Assembly: GCF_036588685.1 (NCBI RefSeq)
Contig: NC_086373.1
Location: 100,688,001-100,752,000 of the forward strand
Reading direction: 5' to 3'
Source of the DNA: Mytilus trossulus
Taxonomy: Eukaryota
DNA length: 64,000 nucleotides
A program made the translations under genes and the position numbers. The notes under the pieces were generated by a model that saw only the letters and a program-made list of their open reading frames with translations, had not been told where the DNA came from and did no database searches. Every line of letters starts with the position of its first letter. Positions within the stretch are counted from its first letter, which is position 1. Below, piece by piece: positions 38,174 to 50,415 of the stretch.

Positions 38174-38525
38174 AAATCCACTATATATACTCTTTGCAAA
38201 GAATTCTGATCACATGTCAACATCTTGATTATCATCTTGTTAAGTATTTAATCAAAAATAATTATTAGCAATCAATAACCAAAAATTGATAACGGGTTAT
38301 CATCTGTCAACTCAAAGCGGCGCATTTTCATGATGACAGATACGAGTTAAAATATATTATTACAATTAAGTCAGGTAATAGATAAGTAGATTGTATAGCA
38401 ATAGTATTACAAAAAGTAAGTGAACATTGATTGGTACTAAAGAAATCGTATATGTAGAAGCTTGGATTACGAGTAGGCAAGTGGCAATCAAGATCAAACC
38501 AAGCTGACAGATGTCACTGAATAAT
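38174..38525 (-). promoter_or_regulatory. Conserved upstream region of the homeobox pseudogene (TATA-like box, GATA sites, 24-bp conserved block)
   Basis: Aligns with 41602-41850 and 46038-46098. Confidence 0.6.
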
Positions 38526-40805
38526 ATTGTTCTTTTCTTTAATTTCCATATTAGTACTTTCAGGGAAAATTTATCATGCAAAAAATCCTGTTCTGACTTG
38601 AACTCTGGTAAGCTTTTATTCGAAGTTAAAACTAATGTATTTACTTTATTACGCGATTATTGGTTTTTTTTTTTTTTTTTTAGAGTGTACCCAACTATTT
38701 CAACAACTAATGTAACTAAACAATCGAGAAGAAAATAATCATATACCTCTTTCATTTCTGAAGTACTTTTTCTTGGAAATCGGTTATAAAATAGAATGCG
38801 TGTGTAGAGTTTTTGAACAATCGTCTTATACTGACTATTCCCAAAACGCTCTAAAGAAATTGATGTCGTTGCTAGATAATTAATTTCAAAGGTCAGGGTA
38901 TAGTAATTGGCGGCTATGTCACATGTTTTTGCTGTACATGCAAATCATTTTGCTGTACATGCAACTTTGGATCGTTGACTATTACTGAAAATCGATTAGG
39001 AAGATATAGGAAGATGTGGTGTGAGTGCTAATGAGACAAGTTGGCAACTCTACATCCAAATATCAATTTAAAAAAGTAAACCATTATAGGTCAATGGACG
39101 GTCTTCATGACGGAGCCTTGGACCACACCGATCAACAAGCTATAAAGGGCCCAAACATTACTAGGGTAAAACCATTCAGTTCAATGACTTTGAATTCATT
39201 GTCATTTATTCATCATCCACGCACGAACTTGTCTTAAATATCTGATGCTGATACAAGTGCGGTGACAATCCACAAGAACTTGCGGTCATCCTATGTTCAG
39301 TACTTTGATTGTGGATGGTATTCCTTATTTTACTTATGATGAGTCATTGTCTTGCAATGCATTCGATAATAAAAAATCATTTTGAAACAAATCTTTCAGG
39401 GTTCATGAGGGCTTTTTGAATGACATGCTGTCCATTTTCAGTTTTATTTTAGTTAGAATTCGTGCTCATTTACTGATCTACATATTCTGCAAGCACTATT
39501 CTATTGAATATAATTAATTGTTTTCTTCCTCGTAATGACAGACAAACAACGATCAAACGTGTATATTTTTTTACATAAATAAGGCCGTTAGTTTTCTCGT
39601 TTGAATTGTTTTACATTGTCTTATCGGGGCCTTTTATGTGGTATGGGCTTTGCTCATTGTTGAAGGCCGTACGGTGACCTGTAATTGTTAATGTTTGTGT
39701 CATTTTGGTCTTTTGTGGATAGTTGTCTCATTGGCAATCATACCACATCTTCTTTTTTATATAATTATCGATTTAAAAAAAAATACTAGAGAATATATAT
39801 TCTAGAAGTTAACTACACAATGAAAATGTGATTTCTTTAAAATTCGCCATCACATATTCATTTGATCACTTTCACATTGGCGAATGGGTATTTCCTTTAC
39901 TAGAGCAACGAGAACCTGTGAAAACTGTAGTAGGGGGATACTTTGTCTGCCCGATCGCGACACAGGGGAAAGGACAACTAAGATCAGCTTTAGTTTTATG
40001 TGTAGTGATTTGTGGATAGCTAGATATAGGAAGATGTGGTGTGAGTGCCAATGAGACAACTCTCCATCCAAATAACAATTTAAAAATTAAACCATTATAG
40101 GTTAAAGTACGGCCTTCAACACGGAGCCTTGGCTCACACCGAACAACAAGCTATAAAGGGCCCCAAAATTGTATTTCGTTTCAATTTTTGTTATATTTTT
40201 TGTTCACATCGTTATTTTTTAAAAATTGATTAGCTTTCCCTTTGGATCAGTCTGCTTAACTTTTTCAACTGTCTTAGACATGAACACAAGTTTAAGTAAG
40301 ATGTCTTGATTAGTGCCGTGTGCACATATATACAATACAACAAAAAAGATATACATAATAAATAGGCATTCCATGTCAGAAACGTGGTGTTCAGTGGTTG
40401 TCATTTGTTGAAGTGGTTCATAAGTGTTTCTCGTTTCTTGTTCTTTATATAGATCAGACCATTGTTTTATCTGTTTGAATGATTTCAACGAAAAAATGTA
40501 GAGACGTAATGACAAATGCATAGAATTCATCTATATTATATGAAAGCGACGGTATTACCTCTATGACAACAAAACCCAATAAGGTAGGCAACAATAATGT
40601 AATTTCCCCCCTTGTTCATACATTTTGGCAAAAAAAAGACAACATCTTGAAATCGAATATAAATACATGTTTTAATGAGCACATATATACACATATCAAA
40701 TCTTTAACAATAACAATTGCAAAACAAACTATGACAACAATAGAACTATTATTTTACTTAAGCACATATGTAGGAATGTTCTTGAATAATGTTTATTAGC
40801 ACAAG

Positions 40806-41522
40806 TTATAATCTGTACTGTTGCACTGGCTGTGGTGAAAGTCCGTTGTAGTACTGTTGAACAGGATTCATAACTGGTGACAAACAACCATATCCAAACA
40901 TGTACGGGTTAAACATTGGTGGTAATGGTGAATAGTTCTGGTGAAGTCCATGCTGGTGTGATGGTTGATTCATAGAAGACTGTATATTTGCATTTGGCCT
41001 TCCAACACTAACAAACTTGGATAATTCTGTTGATTCGTTGTAGCCGAAACTTTTGATCTGTCGTTTCTCTTTCATTCTGCGATTCTGAAACCACCATTTT
41101 ATCTGTACTTCGCAGACTTTGAGTCTCTTGGAGAGGACTTGTCGGTCTTCAATAGCGAGGTATTTGCAGATGCTGTAGTATCGCTCTAGTTCAAAGACCT
41201 GAGAGTTAGTGAAGATGGTTCTTGCCTTCTTTGTGGGTTGTTCGTGGTTTTCAGAATCATCAGAGTACGAACTAGAAGAAGACGAATTTCTAGATTCTGG
41301 TGAACTGATGTTATCTTCTGAATCGACGAGAGATCTTTTTCTTTTCTTCTGTATGTGCTGTTCAATTGACATCAAACTGGTAGAGAATTTGTAGTTCGAA
41401 TGTTGGTTGACTGATGGTGTCTGGTATAAGTCGTATAATACACTCTCTGACTTAATTGGCGTTTGAACTCTGCTACTTTTAGACAGTTCTTCTATACTGA
41501 ACGACATAGGTATGGACGCCAT
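40806..41522 (-). CDS. Intronless divergent ANTP-class (NK-like) homeobox transcription factor with an N-terminal eh1-like motif
   Basis: 238-aa ORF; SFSIEEL (eh1/TN-like); homeodomain KKARTIFTNSQVFELERYYSICKYLAIEDRQVLSKRLKVCEVQIKWWFQNRRMKEKR. Confidence 0.92.
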   Translation of the reverse strand: MASIPMSFSIEELSKSSRVQTPIKSESVLYDLYQTPSVNQHSNYKFSTSLMSIEQHIQKKRKRSLVDSEDNISSPESRNSSSSSSYSDDSENHEQPTKKARTIFTNSQVFELERYYSICKYLAIEDRQVLSKRLKVCEVQIKWWFQNRRMKEKRQIKSFGYNESTELSKFVSVGRPNANIQSSMNQPSHQHGLHQNYSPLPPMFNPYMFGYGCLSPVMNPVQQYYNGLSPQPVQQYRL

Positions 41523-41601
41523 TTAGATTTAATTCTGAGGTTGGCTTGCTACAATGTTACTGCGATGAACTGACTTAAGATTTGTGATGAAAAATTTAGT
41601 A

Positions 41602-41750
41602 AAAATCCAGTATATATACTCTTCAGTGAACTCTAATCATCTGTCAACACCAGAATTATCATCGTGATTAGAAACCAATCAAAACTGATCATTAGCAATC
41701 AACTAATAATTGATAAAGTCAGAGGTTATCGTCTCTCAACTCAAAGCAAT
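41602..41750 (-). promoter_or_regulatory. Putative proximal promoter of the homeobox gene
   Basis: tatatata ~90 nt upstream of the ATG; several ttatc/tgataa (GATA) and tgtca motifs are also kept in the paralog at 38174-38318. Confidence 0.6.
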
Positions 41751-43117
41751 CATGTTCTTTTTTAATTAGAACAAATCATTTACCTAGTAACTCATTAAAA
41801 CAATCAAATAGAAATAATAAGTAAATATTGAGTGGTATACTGAAATGCAGTCGACTTTAGTGTTTGATAGTTCATTGATAACATTCTGGCGTATCACAAA
41901 CACACAACTTGTTACGTCTCTTTTCATTGGCCAAAAGATTTAAATACAACAACAATGTAGTCGTGTGCACGTGAATTGACATAGGTGACCGACAATGGAA
42001 TTTACTATGTTACTACGAACGTAAAAACAATGATTTGTATAGTTTACGAACCTTTAGTCAAAATAAATAAATAAATGTTTTGTTAACATCAAATAGTGGG
42101 GTGGATATTATACTGATATTTTGTTTTAAGTAATATTCTAAGTTATTTGCATGCAGCAACTCAATTATCTTGTACCCGGCATGATGAGAAATATAAGGAT
42201 AACATAAAATACATGTGCCGATTTTATACGGATGAATATATGAACCACTTTTAATTTCTTGCATACTGACGACAGGTTATAATCCTAACAAAGTCGAAGT
42301 CACTTATAATAAGTATCTCATAATACTGAGTCTTTACAATAATTAATCAAGGGTTGCACTGACATTCCTCTTTTATTATTTTCATGCTATAAAACATACA
42401 CACAGTACAAAAATGTAGCTATAAGCGTACGATAAACGGAGGAAATTGTCCCCCAAAGATAGAAACAAAATAACTTTAATCGTATCATTGGTGCACCTGA
42501 ATGAATTCAGTGAAGGCAGGTTGTTGTAATAAATTGAAATGTTACATCGGCGAAGACTATTTCTTTTGCATGTGTGGAACTAAATAATAAATTAATACTC
42601 GTGAGAAATCGTAGTTTATAATGAACAATTCTCTTGTTTGAATTCAGGGCCTTTTATAGCTGACTATGCGGTATGGGCTTTGCTCATTATTGAAAGCCGT
42701 ACGGTGACCTATAGTTGTTAATTTCTGTGTCATTTTGGTTTCTTGTGGAGAGATGTCTCATTGGCAATCATGCCACATCTTCTTTTTTTAAATATAAATG
42801 TACTGTTTTCGATTTTAAATGGATGAACATTTATAGTTTATAAACTGCATTTAATCATCCCCTGTGCCATGATTGGCCATCTCCGTTTTTTCTTTACAAA
42901 GCATGGTTGGTTACATGTTATGAATTTACTTACAATTTCGGGATTATTTTTTTCTTCAAGTAAACGGAATCAGAAAAATAATAACAATCCTATGTCGAAT
43001 ACATAACACTTAGAAAAGAATATGAAAAGTGTTTGTAGTAAAGTACGGTTTCATTTTTCAGTACAACGTTAATTCATCGAGTCAATTGAGTAAAAGAAAA
43101 TGCAGGATAAGCAACTT

Positions 43118-43148
43118 GGGGCCGGGGGTGGGGGGTGGGGGGGGTGGG
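43118..43148 (+). repeat. G-tract array, potential G-quadruplex
   Basis: Six G-runs separated by one or two bases (gggg cc ggggg t gggggg t ...). Confidence 0.7.
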
Positions 43149-43281
43149 GGGGGGTGGGGGGGGGGGTGACTAAATGAAAAAAATATGTGAATTGAGTTTG
43201 GAGGAGACATTTACATTGATTATTTAGATGTGAAAACTGTTAAGATTTTAAAGTTTAAACTATTTACTGCTAATTGCAGAA

Positions 43282-45706
43282 GATAAGATAGATAAGAAAT
43301 TTTATTTTAAGTCGGGTTACATTAAATACAAACATAAGCTCTGTAGAGCTTTTTGCCGACATTAATAACAATAACAACACGCATATTAAGATACATAAAA
43401 CACACATATGAGACATACAAATTATGATAGCTATATTGCAAGTAAAAAGTTCATAAATAAAAAGCATAGCACATGCAAGCAAAGCACTAAAACTGTAACA
43501 TAAGCACATGCAAAGCAGAATGAAATAAATAAAGCAAACTAATTTCTATAAGCTGCATGGAACAAACATTTAACACAAAATAAAATAAAGGTATTAAGAT
43601 CTGCAGGAGCCACACCTGCATGAGTTGCCATTCCAGTTGTTGATCATACTTTTAAACTGGTTTAGGTTTGTCTGTGCACGGATCGTGTCAGGCAACTCAT
43701 TCCATAGTGTAGCTCCAGCATATCTTAATGAATGAAGGCCAAAATGTGTGGTTCTCACCTGTGGAATTTCAACAGTTTGTTGTTTTCTAAAAGTATAAGA
43801 TACATTTTTAAAATTAATGATATCATGGAGATATACCGGTGATTCTTTATGTAATATTTTAAAAGTTTCTATTGCCATCATTCTTAGGCGTCTTATTTTT
43901 AAAGAAGGTAAACCCGATTTTAACAACAGAGTTTCATAATCACTATCAAAATCTTCATATATGAACCTCAAGGCACGTTCTTGTATTTTTTCCATCTTTT
44001 TAGTATTACCCTCCCCACAAAAATGCCAAACCACAGGACAATAATTGAAATTAGACATAATATATGAATGATAAATAGTTAACCTTCCCAATTTAGATAG
44101 ATGTTTTCCAATTCTTTTAAGAACATTTAACTGCCTTGATGCTTTTTTACAAATATCAGAGATATGAGTTTTAAACTTGAGTTGATAATCTATTGTCACC
44201 CCCAGGAGCTTTACCTCAGTGTCACATAAAATTTCATTCCCATCCAAATTGAATTTAATATTCCCACTTTTTGATTTATTCCCAACAGCAATAGCCTGAA
44301 ATTTATCTGGATTAGCTTTCATTTTGTTATTAGCAAACCAATCAATTAAAACAGCACTTTCCTTTTCCAAAGATTTAACTAATCCATTTAGGTCGGGTCC
44401 TGAGTGTGACAATGTATTATCGTCTGCATAATTATACAGTTCATTTTCTTTCACAAAATTGAAAATGTCGTTTAGAAAAATATTAAAAAGCACAGGACCC
44501 AAAATCGAGCCCTGTGGTACACCTTTATAAATATTTTGCCAGGTACTAAAATATGCACCGACTTTTACACACTGTTTCCTATTTGATAAATAATTATCAA
44601 TTAAATTAAGTGCCTCATTTGACAGGCCATATGCCTTCAATTTTAAAAGAAGTAGATTATGGGGTAAGCAGTCAAAGGCCTTAGAAAGGTCCATTAGCAC
44701 AGCAGCCACATATAAATTTTGATCGACTGCTTTTTTCCAGTCCTCAATGACTTTTAGTAAGGCGGTGTTACAGCCATAGCCAGGTCTAAAAGCTGACAAG
44801 GAAGGATGAAATATTTTACTAAAATATTCTATTAGCTGCTGATATATGGCCCTTTCAAAGAACTTTGACACCACTGGAAGAATGCTAACAGGTCTGTAGT
44901 TTCCTGCCTCCAACTGACTATTCTTTTTATGCAGTGGAACTACCTGTGCTTCCTTAAGATCGTCAGGAAACTCTGAACTCTTAATAGACATATTTATAAG
45001 TTGAGTAATAGGTTTAACAATTACTGGTTTGGCTATTTTCAAGATTTTTACTGATACACCATCAAAGCCAGTAGCTTTGTTTACATTGATCTTATTAATT
45101 TGTTTTTCAACAAAGTCATCCTTAATTTCTATAAAAGATAAACTACCATCAACATTACAATTTTCCCTTATTGATTTTATGCTTGGATGATTATCATCTA
45201 CCTCACAATTATCATTGCCGATATTTTTGGCTACATTTACAAAATAGTTATTAAAAATTTCTGCAACATTTGATTGGTCATTAATTATTTCATCGTTGTT
45301 ACATAAAACAATATTGTTGTCAAAATGACTACCCTTGTTTGTTAAAAAAGGTTTGATTGTTGGCCAGAAATCTTTTTGTTTTGGACCACCAGTGCAACGC
45401 TCTATAAAATAATTTCGTATAGATTGTCTTCTAAGTTTGGTAGCAAGATTTCTTTGTTGGCGATATAACTCCCAGTTCTTCTTCGATTTTGCATGTAAAT
45501 ATTTATTGTGAAGCATTTGCTTTTTGTAGATTGCACTTTTTAATTGTTTGTTCATGTATGGTGCTGGTTTGTGTACAGTTTTTCTTGTTTTCTCTGGTAT
45601 GTGGTTGTTGACTATACTCATTAATTTGGTGTTAAAAATATCATAAGCCTCATTAACATTTTCTACATTGTCTACAATTGTTGTAAGATTTGCCTGTTCT
45701 AAATCA
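43282..45706 (-). mobile_element. 5'-truncated non-LTR retrotransposon (CR1/L2-like)
   Basis: RT ORF, 3'UTR ending aataaa plus a ttatctatcttatc tail; candidate TSD TGCAGAA at 43275-43281 and 45707-45713. Confidence 0.88.
43594..45621 (-). CDS. LINE ORF2 reverse transcriptase (endonuclease domain truncated away)
   Basis: Uninterrupted 675 aa with KATGFDG, NYRPVSIL, DLSKAFDC, GVPQGSILGPVLF, YADD, KLLGVTID. Confidence 0.93.
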   Translation of the reverse strand: MSIVNNHIPEKTRKTVHKPAPYMNKQLKSAIYKKQMLHNKYLHAKSKKNWELYRQQRNLATKLRRQSIRNYFIERCTGGPKQKDFWPTIKPFLTNKGSHFDNNIVLCNNDEIINDQSNVAEIFNNYFVNVAKNIGNDNCEVDDNHPSIKSIRENCNVDGSLSFIEIKDDFVEKQINKINVNKATGFDGVSVKILKIAKPVIVKPITQLINMSIKSSEFPDDLKEAQVVPLHKKNSQLEAGNYRPVSILPVVSKFFERAIYQQLIEYFSKIFHPSLSAFRPGYGCNTALLKVIEDWKKAVDQNLYVAAVLMDLSKAFDCLPHNLLLLKLKAYGLSNEALNLIDNYLSNRKQCVKVGAYFSTWQNIYKGVPQGSILGPVLFNIFLNDIFNFVKENELYNYADDNTLSHSGPDLNGLVKSLEKESAVLIDWFANNKMKANPDKFQAIAVGNKSKSGNIKFNLDGNEILCDTEVKLLGVTIDYQLKFKTHISDICKKASRQLNVLKRIGKHLSKLGRLTIYHSYIMSNFNYCPVVWHFCGEGNTKKMEKIQERALRFIYEDFDSDYETLLLKSGLPSLKIRRLRMMAIETFKILHKESPVYLHDIINFKNVSYTFRKQQTVEIPQVRTTHFGLHSLRYAGATLWNELPDTIRAQTNLNQFKSMINNWNGNSCRCGSCRS

Positions 45707-46892
45707 TGCAGAAAACTATAAAACCAATGAATGTCACATGCACATTTATAAAAGCTAGAATTGTGATTGGGATCATGTATGAGAATACGTCGATGGAAGC
45801 TTTAAACGACCTTGACCAGATACGTGAATATTAATCAGTCCATTCAACGTTATAGTATGTGTGTACTATTTTCGAAGGTGTGAGGTCGAAGGTTTGAATT
45901 GACCAATGGAAACGATCGTTCCTTAGAGAGTTAATCTAATAAATAGATATAGGAAGTTTGTTTGACTGATTACGTTTCGCTAAGCTAAGCCGCATATGAG
46001 TGTATACTCAAGACATTGCTTATAGTTATCATTGGAGGCTTGGGTGATGAGTTCGTGGTAATTAAGATCAAACCAAGCTGACAGATGACAATGAATAAAA
46101 TTATAAATCGTCAAAACTTATTTTTACAATTTTAAGAAGCACTTTATCAATTTGTGCAAATCTTTGATCAGACTGATTTATAAACAGATTGACTCGTAGG
46201 GGAAACATTGTTTGGTAACTTGTATATCATAGATTTTCTACATACATTATCGACCTATTATCCCTTTTGTATCTTTCGTCCCATCTTTTATGTGTGTTTT
46301 AAAAACTTTTTTTAATACATCTAGCTGGAGGCTTTATTTAGTTGTAATGTAGATCATATTTATATAGATTAGACCGTTGGTTTTCCCGTTTGAATGGTTT
46401 TACACTAGTAATTTTGGGGCCCTTTATAGCTTGTTGTTCGGTGTGAGCCAAGGCTCCGTGTTGAAGGCCGTACTTTAACCTATAATGGTTTAATTTTTAA
46501 ATTGTTATTTGGATGGAGAGTTGTCCCATTGGCACTCACACCACATCTTCCTATATCCATATATTTGTATTTATTCTGACGATATTTTATAACATTAATG
46601 TTTATAATTCCTCTGTACCATAGATTTTGGTTAATGAGAAAAGATATATGCACAGATTTATTTAAAAAAAAGAAGGAGCCTACAATGGGGAGTAATGCAC
46701 CTATTTTGATATCATCTATCTTACTTTTCTCCTTGATTTGTTCTTTCTGTTGTTGTTGTGGTTTTTTTTTGCAGGGAAATCAGTTTTTCCTTTTTTTTTA
46801 TTTCCTACTGAAACGTTTCCGCGAGATGCGTTAGGCCTATTTCAAACAATAATTCTGAATTTCTTTTTGCAAAAAACAATGAAATATTATTT

Positions 46893-47062
46893 GAGGGGGG
46901 ATAGGACCTTTATCGGGACTCTGGGATCGGGTCTTTTTAAGCTCGGGGTTTCGGGATTGACCCTTTCGTGATCCGGGAATCCTTTTTTCGGATTTCGGGA
47001 CGTCGGGATTTCGTTTTTTTAAGTCCGGGAATTCGGGATCATGACCCCTCCTATTCCCCCTC
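46893..47062. mobile_element. 170-bp MITE with a 6-bp TSD
   Basis: TIR gaggggggatagga / tcctattccccctc; TTATTT at 46887-46892 and 47063-47068; internal tcggga repeats. Confidence 0.8.
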
Positions 47063-47743
47063 TTATTTGATCTCATTTATTTTCAGTTCAGAATTTACCG
47101 CTAATACCCCCTTCACATACACGAATGTGTCTTACGATTCCTTACGAATGTTGTTTGTTTTATCAAATGCAAGCATTCGCAAGCAATCGTAAACCACTTG
47201 CAAGCAATCGTAAATCACTCGCAAGCAATCGTAAACCACTCTTAAACAAATCGTAGACATTCGCAGACAATCGTATCGATTCGTAAAACTATTTGGAAAT
47301 TTTTGGACATGCCAAAAATTTTACACGAATGTCCACGAATCATTTCATTCGTAAAGAGCTCGCAAATCACTCGCAACAATTCGTTAATGCATCGTTAACC
47401 GATCGCAACAACTCGTAAATCATTCGCAAGAAATCGTGAACAGTTTGATTTAAGAATGTTTAACGATTCATTTACGAATAGTTGCGAGCAGTTTACGATC
47501 GCTTTGCGATGGATTAACGAATTGATACGAATTCACGCGAGTGCTTTACGAATATATCCGATTGCTTTACGAATGTATACGAATACTTTGCGACTGCTTT
47601 GCGAGTGCTTTGCGAATGTTTTACAAATAGGAATATTTAACAAATGATTTGACGATAAAATTGGGGTTTTGTTTTTATTCTAATAGTTCGTTTCAGTTGT
47701 TATAAAATCGTGGAAGAAGGAAGTCGCATTTTACTATTGAATC

Positions 47744-49573
47744 ATGGCTCCAAAGAGAAGACCTGCTGCAAGGAAAAGGAAGACAAATCCTGCTTCACCT
47801 AGATCCCCTACACCACCACCACCATCGCCCGAAACACCAAACCCCGCCGAATTACCACCACCAGAGGCAAACCCACCAACCGTTGGTATCGAATATCCTG
47901 AGCAGCAACTTTCAGATACTGACAATGTTGATACAGCCGGCTCAAACTTTGCCTCAGATGATGACGATTTGATAGCCACTGCCACAACCAGTGCAGCAGT
48001 AAGTGAGATTTGCTTATTCAATGTCTTTGAAAATCACCTTTATAAAGCACATAAAAAATGTATGAGTTTCATAGACAGATATTTAGTGAAATTGGCAATT
48101 GAGGAACTGCATTTTATTCAAATAAATCATCAAAATACGATACATGCAAAGAAAATCTGCATTATTTAAATCAGATTAGTTGGACAGAATAGCAATATAA
48201 TAAGATTAAAGTTAAAATAATTATAACACGGAATCTATATCCAGAGGCCAGTGTATAACTGTTGTTGAACGTATTGGCAAAAATGTAATTAAAAAAGATA
48301 ACAATGTTTATGATACTTTTCAAACAATTGCAATCAGCATATGAACTTCTTGAAAGACCGGTCATTATAAAAATATTTATGAGTGTATTTTATAGTAAAG
48401 TCGTTGATAGTTATCACGAAAATGGACATTGTGTATTTTCAGACTCGCAAGAAGAATAAACCCAAAACTAAAAGTGCGAGAATACTGACGATCGAAGAGG
48501 AGGACGAAGTAATTGAGTGGTTCAAGTCAAATCGTTTTCTATACGACAAGACAAGTATTGATTTCAAAAATCGCGATAAAAAAGAGCGAACATGGCATGA
48601 AATGGAACAGAGGATGAAGTTGAATCCCGGTGATCTTCAAAGATGGTATACGTCCTTAAGAACCACGTATGTGAAAGAAGTAAAGAAAAGAGAAAACACC
48701 ACACGATCCGGAGCCGGTGTCGGAGATGGTTTGCTAACATCTAGAACTAGCTGGTTGTTGGAGAAATTCGAGTTTGTAAAACCCTTTGTCTGTCAGGCAA
48801 GAGGAACCAAGGGGTCACAGATCAAGAAACCTGACCGGTACTCAGACTGCAGTGAGTCATCAGTTCCATCAATAACGACCATGGAAAGTACACCACAGTC
48901 AGTGACAACATCGTCAACTACAACAAAGATATCTGACTGCCTAGAAAAAGTTTCTCAGCAGTTAGCAGTCCCAAAGAGTGACATAGAGAAGACCTGCGAT
49001 TTCCTTAGTACGCTAATGGCAAAGATGACCCCTTCCTGTCTGGAGGATTTTACGAATGAAACTATCTTCAAGGCAATGGAGTATGTTAAACAGTCTAAAC
49101 AGGAACAGCGTCAAACACAACAACCGCCAAGGGATGATTTTATACAGCCATCCCAGCTTTCATCTACATTCACAGACCCTTCCCAGCAAGTAAATCGCCA
49201 AACATTACCTCAATTTACCCAATTACAACCTCAACAGCAAACTGCAGTAGGAAATAACAGGCCGTCAATTAGACCGACAACATCATCCATGTCGTTCAGA
49301 CATCGTCAGCCGCAACAAATGTCTACTGATCGCGACTATATCATTGCACGCAACTTAGCAGCTTCGAATCCGCCAGCTGACGTCCTTCAACAATATGGTC
49401 GATACCAATGGGCAGAACTGCAACCTATCTTAATGGGTCAACAGCAACAGACAGTATACTCAACTCACACTACAAGTCAGTCACCAAGTGCTATTGAATC
49501 AACTGCGACAGATACAACATCAGTACTGACGGATGCTTATGAGACAATAAACCCAGAAACACCTTTCATATAG
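47744..49573 (+). CDS. Harbinger-associated MADF/Myb-like DNA-binding protein (461 aa)
   Basis: Exons 47744-47998 (GCA|gtaagt) and 48443-49573 (ttttcag|ACT), in frame; MADF-like EVIEWFKSNRFLYDKTSIDFKNRDKKERTW...LQRWYTSLRTTY; basic NLS-like N-terminus; BESS-like segment. Confidence 0.88.
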
Positions 49574-50415
49574 ATCTTCGACGTGAATGACTGTTTATTT
49601 TCATTTAGAAAAGATTTAGGAAAATCTTGAATAGAGAACCTTTAAATGTATAACTATTTGTAGATTGTAGAAAATTTGTAGCTTTTTTTGAGAATGAAAA
49701 GAAATAGGTTAATCCACATTTGTTTATGTTGTTTATTTTAGGAACCAAAATTTTTAAACAAAACCAATAAAAAATGATATCGCTGAAAAGTGTAATATGC
49801 AAACGGAATCTTTTGCCATTACTTGGCGCCTGTGCCCTTTTCAATGTACATTTAGTTGTAAATCAAATTCGAACACACTAAGGAGCAATCAATAATCATA
49901 AACCACAAAGAAGACAATGCCATGGCAAATACACAACAGGCAACACAAATAACAACATAACAAAAACTAAAAACAAAGCAACATGGACCCCAAACAAAAA
50001 CAAAATGTGGTGAACTCAAGTACCCTGGAAGGGTTAGCAGCTCCTGCTTGAAGTGTGACAACCGTCGTTTAGCTTAAATGTCAAAATCATTCTGAAACTC
50101 ATTTATTGATGCTTATCAAAGTTTGTGTTTAAACTCAACCTATTCTTTTTTGCGCGTGTTGGGTCGTTGCCTCTTTGACACATTCCCCGTCTTCACTCAT
50201 ATTCTATCCCTTAAATACCATTCCAAGTACTAGTATTGCAACAAATTTGTATTATAAAGTGTATGTCAAACAAAGTTGGAGTGAATTATTCATTATGATA
50301 GAACCTCATTCTGAGATTTTTTATAGTCCTATCTATATCTAAATTTTTATTTTTAAACATTACATCAATTAACACAATACTGATGCATTCAAAACAATCA
50401 ATGTTTCTGAACCAG

